Sequence record: NC_054926.1 | DNA from: Escherichia phage vB_EcoM_OE5505 | Length of the DNA: 64,000 nt | Reading direction: 5' to 3' (one strand) | In this document: positions 13,787 to 24,585 of the stretch, piece by piece | Position numbering within the stretch: the stretch's first letter is position 1 | Layout of the letters: every line of letters starts with the position of its first letter | Program-made: the position numbers and the translations under genes | The notes under the pieces: model-generated | Seen by the model: the letters and a program-made list of their open reading frames with translations, nothing else | Told to the model about the DNA's origin: nothing | Databases searched by the model: none

Positions 13787-14467
13787 TTATTTTAATGTTA
13801 CGAAAGAAGAATTGCGTGTTTCACGAATTAGAACTGATCCATCACGATTAATGTAGTAAATTAAGCTAAATAACGTTTGGTGCGCCGACGCGTGTTCAAA
13901 ACTAGTTGGGTGAGATTTCCAATCCGGAGTTTCAGCAATCCATTGATAAATCCACCAAGGAACAGTACAGAATCCTGGATTTTTTCCAATCAGCTGAAGA
14001 TTCGGACTAAAGTTTTCCGGAAGAGTAAATACAGACGGCTTTTCAAATTCAATAATCTCAGCTACAGCCTGTTCGAATTTTTCTTCAACAAAAGGAGTAT
14101 CTTCAATCAAAACATCAGTATTTTCAGGAATTTTATCCGTTTCTACTACTTCAATTTTAATGTCAGATTTAACCGGAGAATCAATCAGAAGTGCTGCCTC
14201 TGGATTGACTTCTTCATCGTCATATTTTAATCCGTCTGCGGCATCAGCAGCATCGATTAAGTCTTTAATAGATAACCCATCAGTCTCTGGCATAGGTTCA
14301 CTAGCGAGCTTCTGGAGGGCTTCTTCAATATCATTAACGATATTATCAAAAGATTTATTCTTTTTGACCTTTATACCAAACTGTTCAGCATATTCAGCTA
14401 ATTTAGCTTTAGCTTCTTTATTATCATCAAGAGCCTTCAGCTCTGCAATATAATCTTTATCTATCAT
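13787..14467 (-). CDS. inh: Inhibitor of prohead protease (Inh)
   Basis: 226-aa ORF, T4 Inh length; position next to hoc. Confidence 0.8.
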   Translation of the reverse strand: MIDKDYIAELKALDDNKEAKAKLAEYAEQFGIKVKKNKSFDNIVNDIEEALQKLASEPMPETDGLSIKDLIDAADAADGLKYDDEEVNPEAALLIDSPVKSDIKIEVVETDKIPENTDVLIEDTPFVEEKFEQAVAEIIEFEKPSVFTLPENFSPNLQLIGKNPGFCTVPWWIYQWIAETPDWKSHPTSFEHASAHQTLFSLIYYINRDGSVLIRETRNSSFVTLK

Positions 14468-14480
14468 AATATTTCCTCAG

Positions 14481-14488
14481 TATAAATA
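14481..14488 (+). promoter_or_regulatory. Late promoter core TATAAATA upstream of uvsW
   Basis: Exact TATAAATA about 30 nt upstream of the uvsW ATG. Confidence 0.45.
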
Positions 14489-14517
14489 TAGATATATTTA
14501 TTACATGGTATTTAGAC

Positions 14518-16029
14518 ATGACTGACATTAAAGTACATTTTTATGATTTTAGTCACGTGAGAATTGATTGTGAAGAAAGTACATTTCATGAACTCCGTGA
14601 TTTCTTTAGCTTTGAAGCTGATGGGTATCGTTTTAATCCGAAGTACAAATATGGTCACTGGGATGGACGAATTCGTCTTTTAGATTATAATCGCCTTCTT
14701 CCATTCGGTTTAGTCGGGCAAATTAAAAAGTTCTGTGATAACTTTGGCTATAAAGCCTGGATTGACCCGCAAATTAACGAAAAAGAAGAATTATCAAGAA
14801 AAGATTTTGATGAATGGCTTTCTAAATTAGAAATCTATTCAGGAAATAAAAGAATTGAACCGCATTGGTATCAAAAAGATGCAGTGTTCGAAGGATTAGT
14901 TAATCGTCGTAGAATTCTTAATCTTCCAACATCCGCAGGTAAATCTTTAATTCAAGCTTTGCTTGCTCGGTATTATTTGGAAAATTATGAAGGCAAAATT
15001 CTTATTATTGTTCCAACAACTGCTCTGACAACTCAGATGGCTGATGACTTTGTTGACTATCGTTTATTCAGTCATGCAATGATAAAGAAAATCGGTGGTG
15101 GAGCATCAAAAGATGATAAATATAAAAATGATGCACCGGTCGTTGTTGGTACATGGCAAACTGTAGTAAAACAACCGAAAGAATGGTTCTCACAGTTTGG
15201 AATGATGATGAATGATGAATGTCATCTTGCTACAGGAAAAAGTATTTCATCTATCATATCAGGTTTAAATAACTGCATGTTCAAATTCGGTTTGTCTGGT
15301 TCATTACGTGATGGCAAAGCCAATATCATGCAGTATGTTGGAATGTTCGGTGAAATATTTAAGCCAGTAACGACCTCTAAATTAATGGAAGATGGACAAG
15401 TAACTGAGTTAAAAATTAATAGTATTTTTCTTCGCTATCCCGATGAGTTCACTACTAAATTAAAGGGAAAAACTTACCAAGAAGAAATAAAAATTATTAC
15501 TGGGCTTAGTAAAAGAAATAAATGGATCGCTAAATTAGCTATTAAGCTTGCACAAAAAGATGAAAACGCTTTTGTCATGTTTAAACACGTATCGCACGGT
15601 AAAGCTATTTTCGATTTAATTAAAAATGAATACGATAAAGTTTATTACGTATCAGGGGAAGTTGATACCGAAACCCGCAATATAATGAAAACCTTAGCTG
15701 AAAACGGTAAAGGAATAATTATAGTAGCTAGTTATGGTGTATTTTCTACTGGTATTTCAGTTAAAAATCTGCATCACGTTGTTTTAGCACACGGTGTTAA
15801 ATCTAAAATTATTGTATTGCAAACAATAGGTCGCGTATTACGTAAACATGGTTCTAAAACAATCGCAACAGTCTGGGACCTCATAGATGATTGTGGTGTT
15901 AAGCCAAAATCTGCTAATACGAAAAAGAAATACGTTCATTTGAACTATCTTTTAAAACACGGCATTGATCGTATTCAGCGCTACGCAGATGAAAAATTTA
16001 ATTACGTAATGAAAACAGTTAATTTATAA
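14518..16029 (+). CDS. uvsW: UvsW DNA/RNA helicase (SF2)
   Basis: 503-aa ORF; Walker A (PTSAGKS) and DExH-like (NDECH) motifs; sequence recognised; no ORF between inh and uvsW (segE position empty). Confidence 0.9.
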   Translation: MTDIKVHFYDFSHVRIDCEESTFHELRDFFSFEADGYRFNPKYKYGHWDGRIRLLDYNRLLPFGLVGQIKKFCDNFGYKAWIDPQINEKEELSRKDFDEWLSKLEIYSGNKRIEPHWYQKDAVFEGLVNRRRILNLPTSAGKSLIQALLARYYLENYEGKILIIVPTTALTTQMADDFVDYRLFSHAMIKKIGGGASKDDKYKNDAPVVVGTWQTVVKQPKEWFSQFGMMMNDECHLATGKSISSIISGLNNCMFKFGLSGSLRDGKANIMQYVGMFGEIFKPVTTSKLMEDGQVTELKINSIFLRYPDEFTTKLKGKTYQEEIKIITGLSKRNKWIAKLAIKLAQKDENAFVMFKHVSHGKAIFDLIKNEYDKVYYVSGEVDTETRNIMKTLAENGKGIIIVASYGVFSTGISVKNLHHVVLAHGVKSKIIVLQTIGRVLRKHGSKTIATVWDLIDDCGVKPKSANTKKKYVHLNYLLKHGIDRIQRYADEKFNYVMKTVNL

Positions 16030-16054
16030 GGGCTTCGGCCCTTTGGAGAAAAAG
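16030..16054 (+). promoter_or_regulatory. Hairpin plus Shine-Dalgarno between uvsW and uvsW.1
   Basis: GGGC-UUCG-GCCC hairpin immediately after the uvsW stop, then TTTGGAGAAAAAG before the ATG. Confidence 0.4.
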
Positions 16055-16285
16055 ATGTTACTAGAATTTAAACAATTTCTTTATGAAGCTTCTATTGATG
16101 AATTTATGGGTAAAATTGCCTCTTGTCAAACAATAGAAGGTCTAGAAGAACTTGAAGCTTATTATAAGAAAAGAGTTAAAGAAACTGAATTAAAAGATAC
16201 TGATGACATCTCAGTCAGAGATGCTTTGGCAGGAAAAAGAGCTGAATTAGAAGATTCAGACGATGAAGTAGAAGAAAGCTTTTAA
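16055..16285 (+). CDS. uvsW.1: UvsW.1-like small acidic protein
   Basis: ORF track starts at a TTG (16043); ATG at 16055 with GGAG upstream gives 76 aa, the T4 UvsW.1 length. Confidence 0.7.
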   Translation: MLLEFKQFLYEASIDEFMGKIASCQTIEGLEELEAYYKKRVKETELKDTDDISVRDALAGKRAELEDSDDEVEESF

Positions 16286-16340
16286 ATTAAAAAAGGCCCA
16301 ACCAAAAAGGAAGGGCCAAAACTATAGACTAAAGGTCACA

Positions 16341-16508
16341 CTATAGCAAAAGTTGTGTTTCATTTAATTGTTCTTCCGAACTTTCTGAAACTGGTAGTTC
16401 TTTAATGTAATTATAACAAGGCCCAGGATGTACAGGACCTTTGTCTGTTTCAACAACCAATGCAGAATCGATTGGAGTTTTACAGACAACGCAAATCTTA
16501 TCTGACAT
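16341..16508 (-). CDS. Small Cys-containing protein (position of T4 uvsY.-2), 55 aa
   Basis: Not in the ORF track (below 60 aa). ATG at 16508, stop at 16341; translation MSDKICVVCKTPIDSALVVETDKGPVHPGPCYNYIKELPVSESSEEQLNETQLLL. Confidence 0.55.
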   Translation of the reverse strand: MSDKICVVCKTPIDSALVVETDKGPVHPGPCYNYIKELPVSESSEEQLNETQLLL

Positions 16509-16533
16509 GATTGTCTCCTCTAAATTATATATC

Positions 16534-16541
16534 TATTTATA
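16534..16541 (-). promoter_or_regulatory. Late promoter core (TATAAATA on the minus strand) upstream of the 55-aa ORF
   Basis: Plus strand TATTTATA at 16534-16541 is TATAAATA on the minus strand, about 26 nt upstream of the ATG at 16508. Confidence 0.4.
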
Positions 16542-16761
16542 TAACTCTCATATGCATATCAATGCCCATATCTTTAGAATAAAAATATTCATCAAGATAT
16601 CCGGCAAATTTTCCTTTAATATAAAGAACATCTTCACCGCACGGGTGGTCGGCCAGGATACGAATATCCTGACGCTTAAGATTATGCTTTTTCATTAAGA
16701 ATTGAATTTCCGTTTCGAATTCTTCTTCATAATTAAAAGCATCATCAATGCTATATTTCAT
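16537..16761 (-). CDS. Hypothetical protein (position of T4 uvsY.-1)
   Basis: 74-aa ORF with ATG start; its start overlaps the uvsY stop. Confidence 0.6.
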   Translation of the reverse strand: MKYSIDDAFNYEEEFETEIQFLMKKHNLKRQDIRILADHPCGEDVLYIKGKFAGYLDEYFYSKDMGIDMHMRVI

Positions 16762-17174
16762 TATTTTCCAGCCTCAAATGCTCGCATGTCTTGAATATGC
16801 TTAATAGCAAATCCGCGTGATTTAATAGCATCAAGAGCTCCGCTACAGAAATCCAATAAAATTCCCCAATATTGCAATGAAGTATCAACTTTTAAAACAT
16901 CCTTATCAGCTGATAGAACTGTCTTCATTTCTGATTTCTCATAACGGTCCATACTAAATTCATCACCATCTCCTCGTCCCGAGTAGTAGTCTAATTTAGC
17001 TTTAAGAGCAACTTTTTTCTGTGCTTCAATTCTAAGCATTTCCTTTTTAATACTTGAATGCTTATTAAGCCATTTACTATATAACATCACATTATTAGCT
17101 GCTTCATACTGTAATTTAGTCGAATCTATAAACACATCTTTCTTCAATTCTTCTTGAAGATCTTCTAATCTCAT
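16761..17174 (-). CDS. uvsY: UvsY recombination mediator
   Basis: 137-aa ORF, T4 UvsY length; sequence recognised. Confidence 0.9.
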   Translation of the reverse strand: MRLEDLQEELKKDVFIDSTKLQYEAANNVMLYSKWLNKHSSIKKEMLRIEAQKKVALKAKLDYYSGRGDGDEFSMDRYEKSEMKTVLSADKDVLKVDTSLQYWGILLDFCSGALDAIKSRGFAIKHIQDMRAFEAGK

Positions 17175-17214
17175 ATTGTTCTCTATTCAATTGTTATTGG
17201 ATGGACTTAGATTC

Positions 17215-17240
17215 ATTATACCACGTTTATACGTGAAGCA
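17215..17240 (-). promoter_or_regulatory. Middle (MotA-dependent) promoter upstream of uvsY
   Basis: Minus strand reads aaTGCTTCA-(13 nt)-TATAAT: a MotA-box-like element spaced correctly from a -10 hexamer, about 40 nt upstream of the uvsY ATG. Confidence 0.5.
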
Positions 17241-17636
17241 TTATACTCTGTTACTGGAAGCCAGTTGTAGTTTTATCTGCTCAATATCATCAGGGTTATC
17301 GATGACTGAAAAGCGTATTTCTACTATCAGAGTATAATCATCATAAACCGGTATTACATTAACTGCTAATTTATCAATACGTGGCTCGTAGTTTCTTACT
17401 GCGCTTTCAATGTTACGCTCAACGGTATCAGCAGTAAGAGGAGTCATATTCTCAAAAAGCTGATCAGATAAATCGCATCCAAATTCAGGGTCAAACGGTC
17501 TTGAACCTTTTCTTGTTGTAATAATTCCTAAAAGACTATTTTTAATTGACCTTAATCCAAGTGATCTTGAAACGTCTTTGTTCCAATCCATTTTCATCTC
17601 TGGGTCAATATCAGAATAAAGCTTATTAATTGCCAT
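17241..17636 (-). CDS. 25: Baseplate wedge protein gp25
   Basis: 131-aa ORF; sequence recognised (T4 gp25 is 132 aa). Confidence 0.9.
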   Translation of the reverse strand: MAINKLYSDIDPEMKMDWNKDVSRSLGLRSIKNSLLGIITTRKGSRPFDPEFGCDLSDQLFENMTPLTADTVERNIESAVRNYEPRIDKLAVNVIPVYDDYTLIVEIRFSVIDNPDDIEQIKLQLASSNRV

Positions 17637-18262
17637 TACAATAGCTCAAAGAATTCTTTGAGTCCTCTTATTACATGAGCGTGAGTTTTTCCACACTCTG
17701 GACATTTAATTGGAACAGCCAAATAAACAGTAGGCTTTAAAAGCATATCTTTTATAGCTACAATATCTGACTCTGTGATGATAGAATATAAATCTTCTAG
17801 TTCCTTTTCATTTAAGTCTTCAACTGGAATGCTTTCCCCGTTAGCATGAATCGTTTCTATACATGATACTATCATGTGGGCTATATTTTTATCATCAAAA
17901 ATTTTAGGGTATCGGAATTTAATTTTAATGTCACCCAGTGTATACCAAAGGTCTTCTGGTGCATCTATTTGTGTATGTAATAGATTTATATGGGTTGGTA
18001 TTTCAGTTCCGCAGGTGCACTTCCAGGAGTTTTCGTGATTAACTTCTCCAAGAGAATGCGCCCATAAATGAATCAACAATAGTTCTGATTCTTGGCGATT
18101 TAAATCTTTTGCATTTGTGCAGTCTTTGATTAGCTTTTTAACAATTACTTCTACAGAACCATTATTTTTGGCAGTAATAAGTTCTAGATATTCTTTAAGA
18201 GTAAATGCGCGACAGTTGATTATTTTAGAACCAACTCTCACATCAAATTTGTATTCATACAT
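17636..18262 (-). CDS. 26: Baseplate hub protein gp26
   Basis: 208-aa ORF, T4 gp26 length; overlaps the gene 25 start. Confidence 0.85.
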   Translation of the reverse strand: MYEYKFDVRVGSKIINCRAFTLKEYLELITAKNNGSVEVIVKKLIKDCTNAKDLNRQESELLLIHLWAHSLGEVNHENSWKCTCGTEIPTHINLLHTQIDAPEDLWYTLGDIKIKFRYPKIFDDKNIAHMIVSCIETIHANGESIPVEDLNEKELEDLYSIITESDIVAIKDMLLKPTVYLAVPIKCPECGKTHAHVIRGLKEFFELL

Positions 18263-18283
18263 ATTTAGCTCCTTTATTTATCA

Positions 18284-18295
18284 TATTTATAAATA
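18284..18295. promoter_or_regulatory. Overlapping divergent late promoters for genes 26 (-) and 51 (+)
   Basis: TATTTATAAATA: TATAAATA on the plus strand (18288-18295) and on the minus strand (18284-18291), between the divergent ATGs. Confidence 0.5.
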
Positions 18296-18312
18296 GAATA
18301 AAAGGAGCATCT

Positions 18313-19065
18313 ATGGCAAACATTATTCGTTGTAAATTACCAGATGGTGTTCATCGTTTTAAACCATTTACGGTAGAAGATTATCGAGATTTTTTGTTAG
18401 TTCGAAACGATATAGAACATCGGTCACCACAAGAACAAAAAGAAATAATTACTGATTTAATTGATGATTATTTTGGAGACTATCCGAAGACTTGGCAACC
18501 ATTTATATTTTTGCAGGTATTTGTAGGTTCAATAGGTAAAACTAAAGTACCAGTCACATTTGTATGTCCAAAATGTAAAAAAGAAAAGACAGTTCCATTT
18601 GAAATATATCAAAAAGAATTAAAGGAACCTATTTTTGATGTAGCTAATGTTAAAATTAAATTAAATTTTCCTTCTGAGTTTTATGAAAATAAAGCAAAGA
18701 TGATTACTGAAAATATTCATTCTGTTCAAGTAGATGAAATGTGGTATGATTGGAAGGAAATTAGTGAATCGAGTCAAATAGAACTTGTTGACGCCATCGA
18801 GATAGAAACATTAGAAAAAATTCTCGATGCAATGAATCCTATTAATTTAACATTGCACATGTCGTGTTGTGATAAGTACATTAAAAAATACACTGATATA
18901 GTAGATGTGTTTAAGCTATTAGTTAATCCAGATGAGATATTTACTTTTTATCAAATTAATCACACGCTTGTAAAAAGTAATTATAGCTTAAATTCAATAA
19001 TGAAAATGATTCCTGCCGAGCGCGGATTCGTATTAAAACTGATTGAGAAGGATAAACATCAATGA
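18313..19065 (+). CDS. 51: Baseplate hub assembly protein gp51
   Basis: 250-aa ORF; position between 26 and 27 as in T4. Confidence 0.85.
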   Translation: MANIIRCKLPDGVHRFKPFTVEDYRDFLLVRNDIEHRSPQEQKEIITDLIDDYFGDYPKTWQPFIFLQVFVGSIGKTKVPVTFVCPKCKKEKTVPFEIYQKELKEPIFDVANVKIKLNFPSEFYENKAKMITENIHSVQVDEMWYDWKEISESSQIELVDAIEIETLEKILDAMNPINLTLHMSCCDKYIKKYTDIVDVFKLLVNPDEIFTFYQINHTLVKSNYSLNSIMKMIPAERGFVLKLIEKDKHQ

Positions 19066-20237
19066 GTATGTTACAACGTCCTGGATATCCAAATCTCAGC
19101 GTTAAATTATTTGAGAGTTATGACGCTTGGAGTAATAATAGATTTGTTGAATTAGCTGCTACTATTACCACATTAACTATGCGTGACTCTCTTTATGGTC
19201 GAAATGAAGGAATGCTGCAGTTTTATGATTCTAAAAATATCCACACAAAAATGGATGGAAATGAAATAATTCAAATTTCTGTAGCTAATGCAAACGATAT
19301 TAATAATGTTAAAACACGAATTTATGGATGCAAGCATTTTTCCGTGTCAGTAGATTCAAAAGGCGATAACATCATTGCTATTGAATTGGGAACTATTCAT
19401 TCTATAGAAAATCTTAAATTTGGTAGACCATTTTTCCCTGATGCAGGTGAATCTATAAAAGAAATGCTTGGTGTCATTTATCAAGACCGCACATTATTAA
19501 CTCCAGCAATAAATGCTATAAATGCTTATGTTCCTGATATTCCATGGACTAGTACATTTGAAAATTATTTGTCCTATGTAAGAGAAGTTGCTCTAGCTGT
19601 AGGAAGTGACAAATTTGTATTTGTGTGGCAAGACATCATGGGAGTTAACATGATGGACTATGATATGATGATAAATCAAGAACCATATCCAATGATTGTA
19701 GGTGAGCCATCTTTAATAGGTCAATTCATCCAAGAATTAAAATATCCATTGGCATATGATTTTGTTTGGTTGACTAAATCAAACCCGCATAAACGTGATC
19801 CAATGAAAAATGCTACTATCTATGCTCATTCGTTTTTAGATTCTTCACTGCCAATGATTACTACAGGAAAGGGTGAAAACTCTATTGTAGTGTCAAGGTC
19901 AGGTGCTTATTCTGAAATGACTTATAGGAATGGCTATGAAGAAGCTATTCGTCTTCAAACTATGGCGCAATATGATGGCTATGCTAAATGTTCTACTGTC
20001 GGTAATTTTAACTTGACTCCTGGTGTTAAAATTATTTTTAATGATAGTAAAAACCAATTTAAAACAGAATTTTACGTTGATGAAGTTATCCATGAATTAT
20101 CAAATAATAATTCAGTAACTCATCTATATATGTTCACTAATGCAACGAAACTGGAAACAATAGACCCAGTTAAGGTTAAAAATGAATTTAAATCTGATAC
20201 TACCACTGAAGAAAGTAGTTCTTCCAATAAGCAATAA
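19062..20237 (+). CDS. 27: Baseplate hub protein gp27
   Basis: 391-aa ORF, T4 gp27 length; ATGA overlap with gene 51. Confidence 0.9.
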   Translation: MSMLQRPGYPNLSVKLFESYDAWSNNRFVELAATITTLTMRDSLYGRNEGMLQFYDSKNIHTKMDGNEIIQISVANANDINNVKTRIYGCKHFSVSVDSKGDNIIAIELGTIHSIENLKFGRPFFPDAGESIKEMLGVIYQDRTLLTPAINAINAYVPDIPWTSTFENYLSYVREVALAVGSDKFVFVWQDIMGVNMMDYDMMINQEPYPMIVGEPSLIGQFIQELKYPLAYDFVWLTKSNPHKRDPMKNATIYAHSFLDSSLPMITTGKGENSIVVSRSGAYSEMTYRNGYEEAIRLQTMAQYDGYAKCSTVGNFNLTPGVKIIFNDSKNQFKTEFYVDEVIHELSNNNSVTHLYMFTNATKLETIDPVKVKNEFKSDTTTEESSSSNKQ

Positions 20238-20715
20238 AGAAGTTTCTATTCCTAAAATGGGTCTTAAACATTATAACATTTTAAAAGATGTTAAAGGCCC
20301 TGATGAAAATTTAAAACTTCTTATTGATTCTATTTGTCCGAATTTGTCACCGGCAGAAGTTGATTTCGTTTCTATTCATTTATTGGAATTTAATGGAAAG
20401 ATTAAATCTCGTAAAGAAATAGATGGCTATACTTATGACATTAATGATGTTTATGTATGCCAAAGATTAGAATTTCAATACCAAGGAAATACATTTTATT
20501 TTAGACCTCCTGGAAAATTTGAACAATTTTTAACGGTGAGCGATATGTTATCTAAATGCTTGCTTAAGGTCAACGATGAAGTTAAAGAAATTAATTTTCT
20601 TGAGATGCCAGCATTCGTTTTAAAATGGGCAAATGATATTTTTACAACTTTAGCAATTCCTGGCCCTAATGGTCCAATAACTGGAATTGGCAATATTATT
20701 GGATTATTTGAATGA
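20182..20715 (+). CDS. 28: Baseplate hub distal subunit gp28
   Basis: 177-aa ORF, T4 gp28 length; overlaps the gene 27 3' end by 56 nt in another frame. Confidence 0.8.
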   Translation: MNLNLILPLKKVVLPISNKEVSIPKMGLKHYNILKDVKGPDENLKLLIDSICPNLSPAEVDFVSIHLLEFNGKIKSRKEIDGYTYDINDVYVCQRLEFQYQGNTFYFRPPGKFEQFLTVSDMLSKCLLKVNDEVKEINFLEMPAFVLKWANDIFTTLAIPGPNGPITGIGNIIGLFE

Positions 20716-22484
20716 AAAAGCCACAAGAAATGCAAACGATGCGTAGAAAAGTTATTTCAGATAATAAACCAACACAGGAAGCGGCTAAATCCGCTTCCAA
20801 TACTTTATCTGGACTTAATGACATTTCTACAAAATTGGATGATGCTCAAGCTGCTTCTGAATTAATAGCTCAAACCGTTGAAGAAAAATCGAATGAAATA
20901 ATTGGAGCAATTGACAATGTAGAAAGCGCAGTGAGTGATACTACTGCTGGTTCTGAGTTAATTGCTGAAACTGTAGAAATTGGCAACAATATTAATAAAG
21001 AAATCGGTGAATCACTCGGAAGTAAATTAGATAAATTAACGAGTTTACTAGAACAAAAAATTCAAACAGCTGGAATTCAACAGACAGGAACCAGCTTAGC
21101 TGTAGTCGAAAGTGCTATTCCCGTTAAAGTTGTTGAGGATGATACAGCTGAATTTGTTGGTCCATTATTACCAGCTCCTGAAGCAGTTAATAATGATCCT
21201 GACGCTGATTTTTTCCCTGCCCCTCAACCAGTTGAACCTAAGCGAGAGTCACCGGAAGAAAAACAGAAAAAAGAAGCATTTAATTTAAAATTATCTCAAG
21301 CTTTAGATAAATTAACAAAGACTGTTGATTTTGGATTTAAAAAATCCATTTCAATTACTGATAAAATATCAAGCATGCTATTTAAGTATACTGTCAGTGC
21401 TGCTATTGAAGCTGCTAAAATGGTTGCATTAATAATGGCTGTTGTTATTGGAATAGACCTACTGATGGTTCATTTTAAATATTGGTCAGATAAATTTTCA
21501 AAAGCCTGGGATTTGTTTAGCACTGATTTTAAAACTTTTTCAAGCGAAACCGGAACTTGGGGTCCTTTATTACAGAGCATCTTTGAATCTATTGATGAAA
21601 TTAAAAAGTTCTGGGAAGCGGGAGATTGGGGCGGTTTGACGGTAGCTATTGTAGAAGGGCTTGGAAAGGTTCTTTATAATTTAGGAGAGCTTATTCAATT
21701 AGGTATGGCTAAATTATCTGCAGCAATTCTTCGAGTCATTCCTGGCATGAAGGATACTGCTGATGAAGTAGAAGGAAGAGCATTAGAAAATTTCCAAAAT
21801 TCTACTGGAGCATCTCTTAATAAAGAAGACCAAGAAAAAGTAGCAAATTATCAAGATAAACGAATGAATGATGATCTTGGCCCAATAGCAAAAGGATTAG
21901 ACAAAATTGCGAACTGGAAAACTCGTGCATCTAACTGGATTCGTGGTGTAGATAATAAAGAAGCATTGACTACTGACGAAGAACGTGCAGCAGAAGAAGA
22001 AAAATTAAAACAACTTTCACCGGAAGAAAGAAAAAATGCTTTAATGAAAGCTAATGAAGCCCGTGCCGCGATGATTCGTTTTGAAAAATATGCTGATTCA
22101 GCTGATATGAGTAAAGACTCAACAGTTAAATCAGTTGAAGCTGCCTATGAAGACCTTAAAAAACGGATGGATGACCCGGATTTAAATAATTCACCGGCAG
22201 TTAAAAAAGAACTTGCTGCTAGATTTTCTAAAATTGATGCTACTTATCAAGAGCTCAAGAAAAATCAGCCTAATGCCAAACCTGAAACTTCTGCTAAATC
22301 GCCAGAAGCAAAACAAGTCCAGGTAATAGAAAAGAACAAAGCACAACAAGCTCCTGTTCAACAAGCATCTCCTTCAATCAATAATACTAATAATGTTATT
22401 AAGAAAAATACTGTCGTTCATAATATGACACCCGTAACGAGCACAACTGCTCCTGGTGTATTTGGCGCGACTGGAGTTAATTAA
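20712..22484 (+). CDS. 29: Baseplate hub / tail length determinator gp29
   Basis: 590-aa ORF, T4 gp29 length; ATGA overlap with gene 28. Confidence 0.9.
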   Translation: MKKPQEMQTMRRKVISDNKPTQEAAKSASNTLSGLNDISTKLDDAQAASELIAQTVEEKSNEIIGAIDNVESAVSDTTAGSELIAETVEIGNNINKEIGESLGSKLDKLTSLLEQKIQTAGIQQTGTSLAVVESAIPVKVVEDDTAEFVGPLLPAPEAVNNDPDADFFPAPQPVEPKRESPEEKQKKEAFNLKLSQALDKLTKTVDFGFKKSISITDKISSMLFKYTVSAAIEAAKMVALIMAVVIGIDLLMVHFKYWSDKFSKAWDLFSTDFKTFSSETGTWGPLLQSIFESIDEIKKFWEAGDWGGLTVAIVEGLGKVLYNLGELIQLGMAKLSAAILRVIPGMKDTADEVEGRALENFQNSTGASLNKEDQEKVANYQDKRMNDDLGPIAKGLDKIANWKTRASNWIRGVDNKEALTTDEERAAEEEKLKQLSPEERKNALMKANEARAAMIRFEKYADSADMSKDSTVKSVEAAYEDLKKRMDDPDLNNSPAVKKELAARFSKIDATYQELKKNQPNAKPETSAKSPEAKQVQVIEKNKAQQAPVQQASPSINNTNNVIKKNTVVHNMTPVTSTTAPGVFGATGVN

Positions 22485-22492
22485 GGAATAAT

Positions 22493-23587
22493 ATGGCAAT
22501 TGTTAAAGAAATAACTGCTGATTTAATTAAAAAGTCCGGTGAGAAAATTTCAGCCGGACAGAGTACTAAATCAGAAGTAGGAACTAAAACATACACAGCC
22601 CAGTTTCCAACTGGGCGTGCTAGTGGGAATGACACTACAGGGGACTTCCAGGTAACAGATCTATATAAGAATGGATTATTATTTACTGCATACAATATGT
22701 CATCTAGGGATTCTGGAAGTCTCAGAACGATGAGATCTAACTACTCTTCTTCATCTTCTAGTATTTTACGTACAGCCAGAAACACTATCAGTAATACAGT
22801 ATCAAAACTGTCAAATGGATTAATATCAGATAATAATTCAGGAACAATAAGTAAAGTTCCTGTTGCAAATATTCTTTTACCGAGATCTAAATCTGATGTT
22901 GATACATCATCACATAGATTTAACGATGTTCAAGATAGTCTTATTACAAAAGGTGGAGGTACTGCTACTGGCGTGTTAAGCAATATGGCTTCAACTGCAG
23001 TATTTGGAGCACTGGAAAGTATAACACAAGGTATAATGGCTGATAATAATGAACAGATTTATACGACAGCCAGAAGTATGTATGGTGGTGCTGAGAATAG
23101 AACTAAAGTGTTCACTTGGGATTTGACTCCGCGTTCCACAGAAGATTTAATGTCTATTATTAATATCTATCAATATTTTAACTATTTTTCTTATGGTGAA
23201 ACGGGTAAATCTCAATATGCTGCTGAAATAAAAGGATATCTAGATGAGTGGTACCGTTCTACTTTTATTGAGCCGTTAACTCCAGAAGATGCAGTTAAAA
23301 ATAAGACGTTATTTGAGAAAATGACATCGAGTTTAACTAACGTTCTTGTAGTTTCAAACCCGACAATTTGGATGGTGAAAAACTTTGGTGCAACATCTAA
23401 GTTTGATGGAAAAACGGAAATATTCGGTCCATGTCAAATCCAGAGTATCAGATTTGATAAAACACCTAATGGTAACTTTAACGGATTAGCTATTGCTCCA
23501 AATCTCCCTAGTACATTTACTCTCGAGATTACTATGAGAGAAATTATCACGTTAAACCGTGCTTCTTTATATGCGGGGACTTTTTAA
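22493..23587 (+). CDS. 48: Baseplate-tail tube junction protein gp48
   Basis: 364-aa ORF, T4 gp48 length. Confidence 0.9.
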   Translation: MAIVKEITADLIKKSGEKISAGQSTKSEVGTKTYTAQFPTGRASGNDTTGDFQVTDLYKNGLLFTAYNMSSRDSGSLRTMRSNYSSSSSSILRTARNTISNTVSKLSNGLISDNNSGTISKVPVANILLPRSKSDVDTSSHRFNDVQDSLITKGGGTATGVLSNMASTAVFGALESITQGIMADNNEQIYTTARSMYGGAENRTKVFTWDLTPRSTEDLMSIINIYQYFNYFSYGETGKSQYAAEIKGYLDEWYRSTFIEPLTPEDAVKNKTLFEKMTSSLTNVLVVSNPTIWMVKNFGATSKFDGKTEIFGPCQIQSIRFDKTPNGNFNGLAIAPNLPSTFTLEITMREIITLNRASLYAGTF

Positions 23588-24552
23588 TGTATTCTTTAGA
23601 GGAATTTAATAATCAAGCAATAAACGCAGATTTCCAACGTAATAATATGTTCAGCTGTGTTTTTGCTACAACTCCATCAACTAAAAGCTCTTCGTTGATA
23701 AGTTCAATTAGCAACTTTTCTTATAATAACTTGGGCCTAAATTCAGATTGGTTAGGATTAACTCAAGGCGATATTAATCAGGGAATTACTACGCTAATTA
23801 CAGCTGGCACACAAAAACTGATAAGAAAATCAGGGGTTAGTAAATATCTTATTGGTGCCATGAGTCAACGTACAGTTCAAAGTTTATTAGGCTCATTTAC
23901 AGTTGGTACATATTTAATTGACTTCTTTAACATGGCATATAACTCATCTGGATTGATGATATACTCTGTAAAAATGCCAGAGAATAGATTATCCTATGAA
24001 ACTGACTGGAACTATAATTCTCCTAATATTCGTATAACTGGGAGAGAATTAGACCCTTTGGTTATTTCATTCAGAATGGATTCAGAAGCTTGTAACTATC
24101 GTGCAATGCAAGACTGGGTTAACGCTGTTCAAGACCCAGTAACTGGATTGCGTGCTTTGCCGCAAGATGTCGAGGCAGATATTCAGGTTAATCTTCATTC
24201 TCGCAATGGATTACCACATACTGCGGTGATGTTCACTGGATGCATTCCAGTGTCCGTAAGCGCTCCTGAGTTATCATATGATGGAGATAACCAAATAACT
24301 ACATTTGATGTTACTTTTGCGTATAGAGTGATGCAGGCTGGAGCAGTTGATAGACAAGCTGCCATTGAATGGCTTGAATCTGCTACTATAAATGGTATTC
24401 AAAGCGTTCTCGGAAATAGTGGAGGTGTTACTGGACTATCTAATTCGCTTTCACGACTTAGTAGATTAGGGGGAACTGCAGGAAGCATTTCAAATATTAA
24501 CACTATGACAGGAATTGTCAATTCGCAAAGTAAAATATTAGGAGCAATATAA
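23587..24552 (+). CDS. 54: Baseplate-tail tube initiator gp54
   Basis: 321-aa ORF; TAATG coupling with gene 48. Confidence 0.9.
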   Translation: MYSLEEFNNQAINADFQRNNMFSCVFATTPSTKSSSLISSISNFSYNNLGLNSDWLGLTQGDINQGITTLITAGTQKLIRKSGVSKYLIGAMSQRTVQSLLGSFTVGTYLIDFFNMAYNSSGLMIYSVKMPENRLSYETDWNYNSPNIRITGRELDPLVISFRMDSEACNYRAMQDWVNAVQDPVTGLRALPQDVEADIQVNLHSRNGLPHTAVMFTGCIPVSVSAPELSYDGDNQITTFDVTFAYRVMQAGAVDRQAAIEWLESATINGIQSVLGNSGGVTGLSNSLSRLSRLGGTAGSISNINTMTGIVNSQSKILGAI

Positions 24553-24556
24553 CAAT

Positions 24557-24585
24557 GGGGACCGAAAGGTCCCCATATTTTATTT
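24557..24585. terminator. Bidirectional terminator between gene 54 (+) and the minus-strand early cluster
   Basis: GGGGACC-GAAA-GGUCCCC hairpin followed by ATATTTTATTT. Confidence 0.65.
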
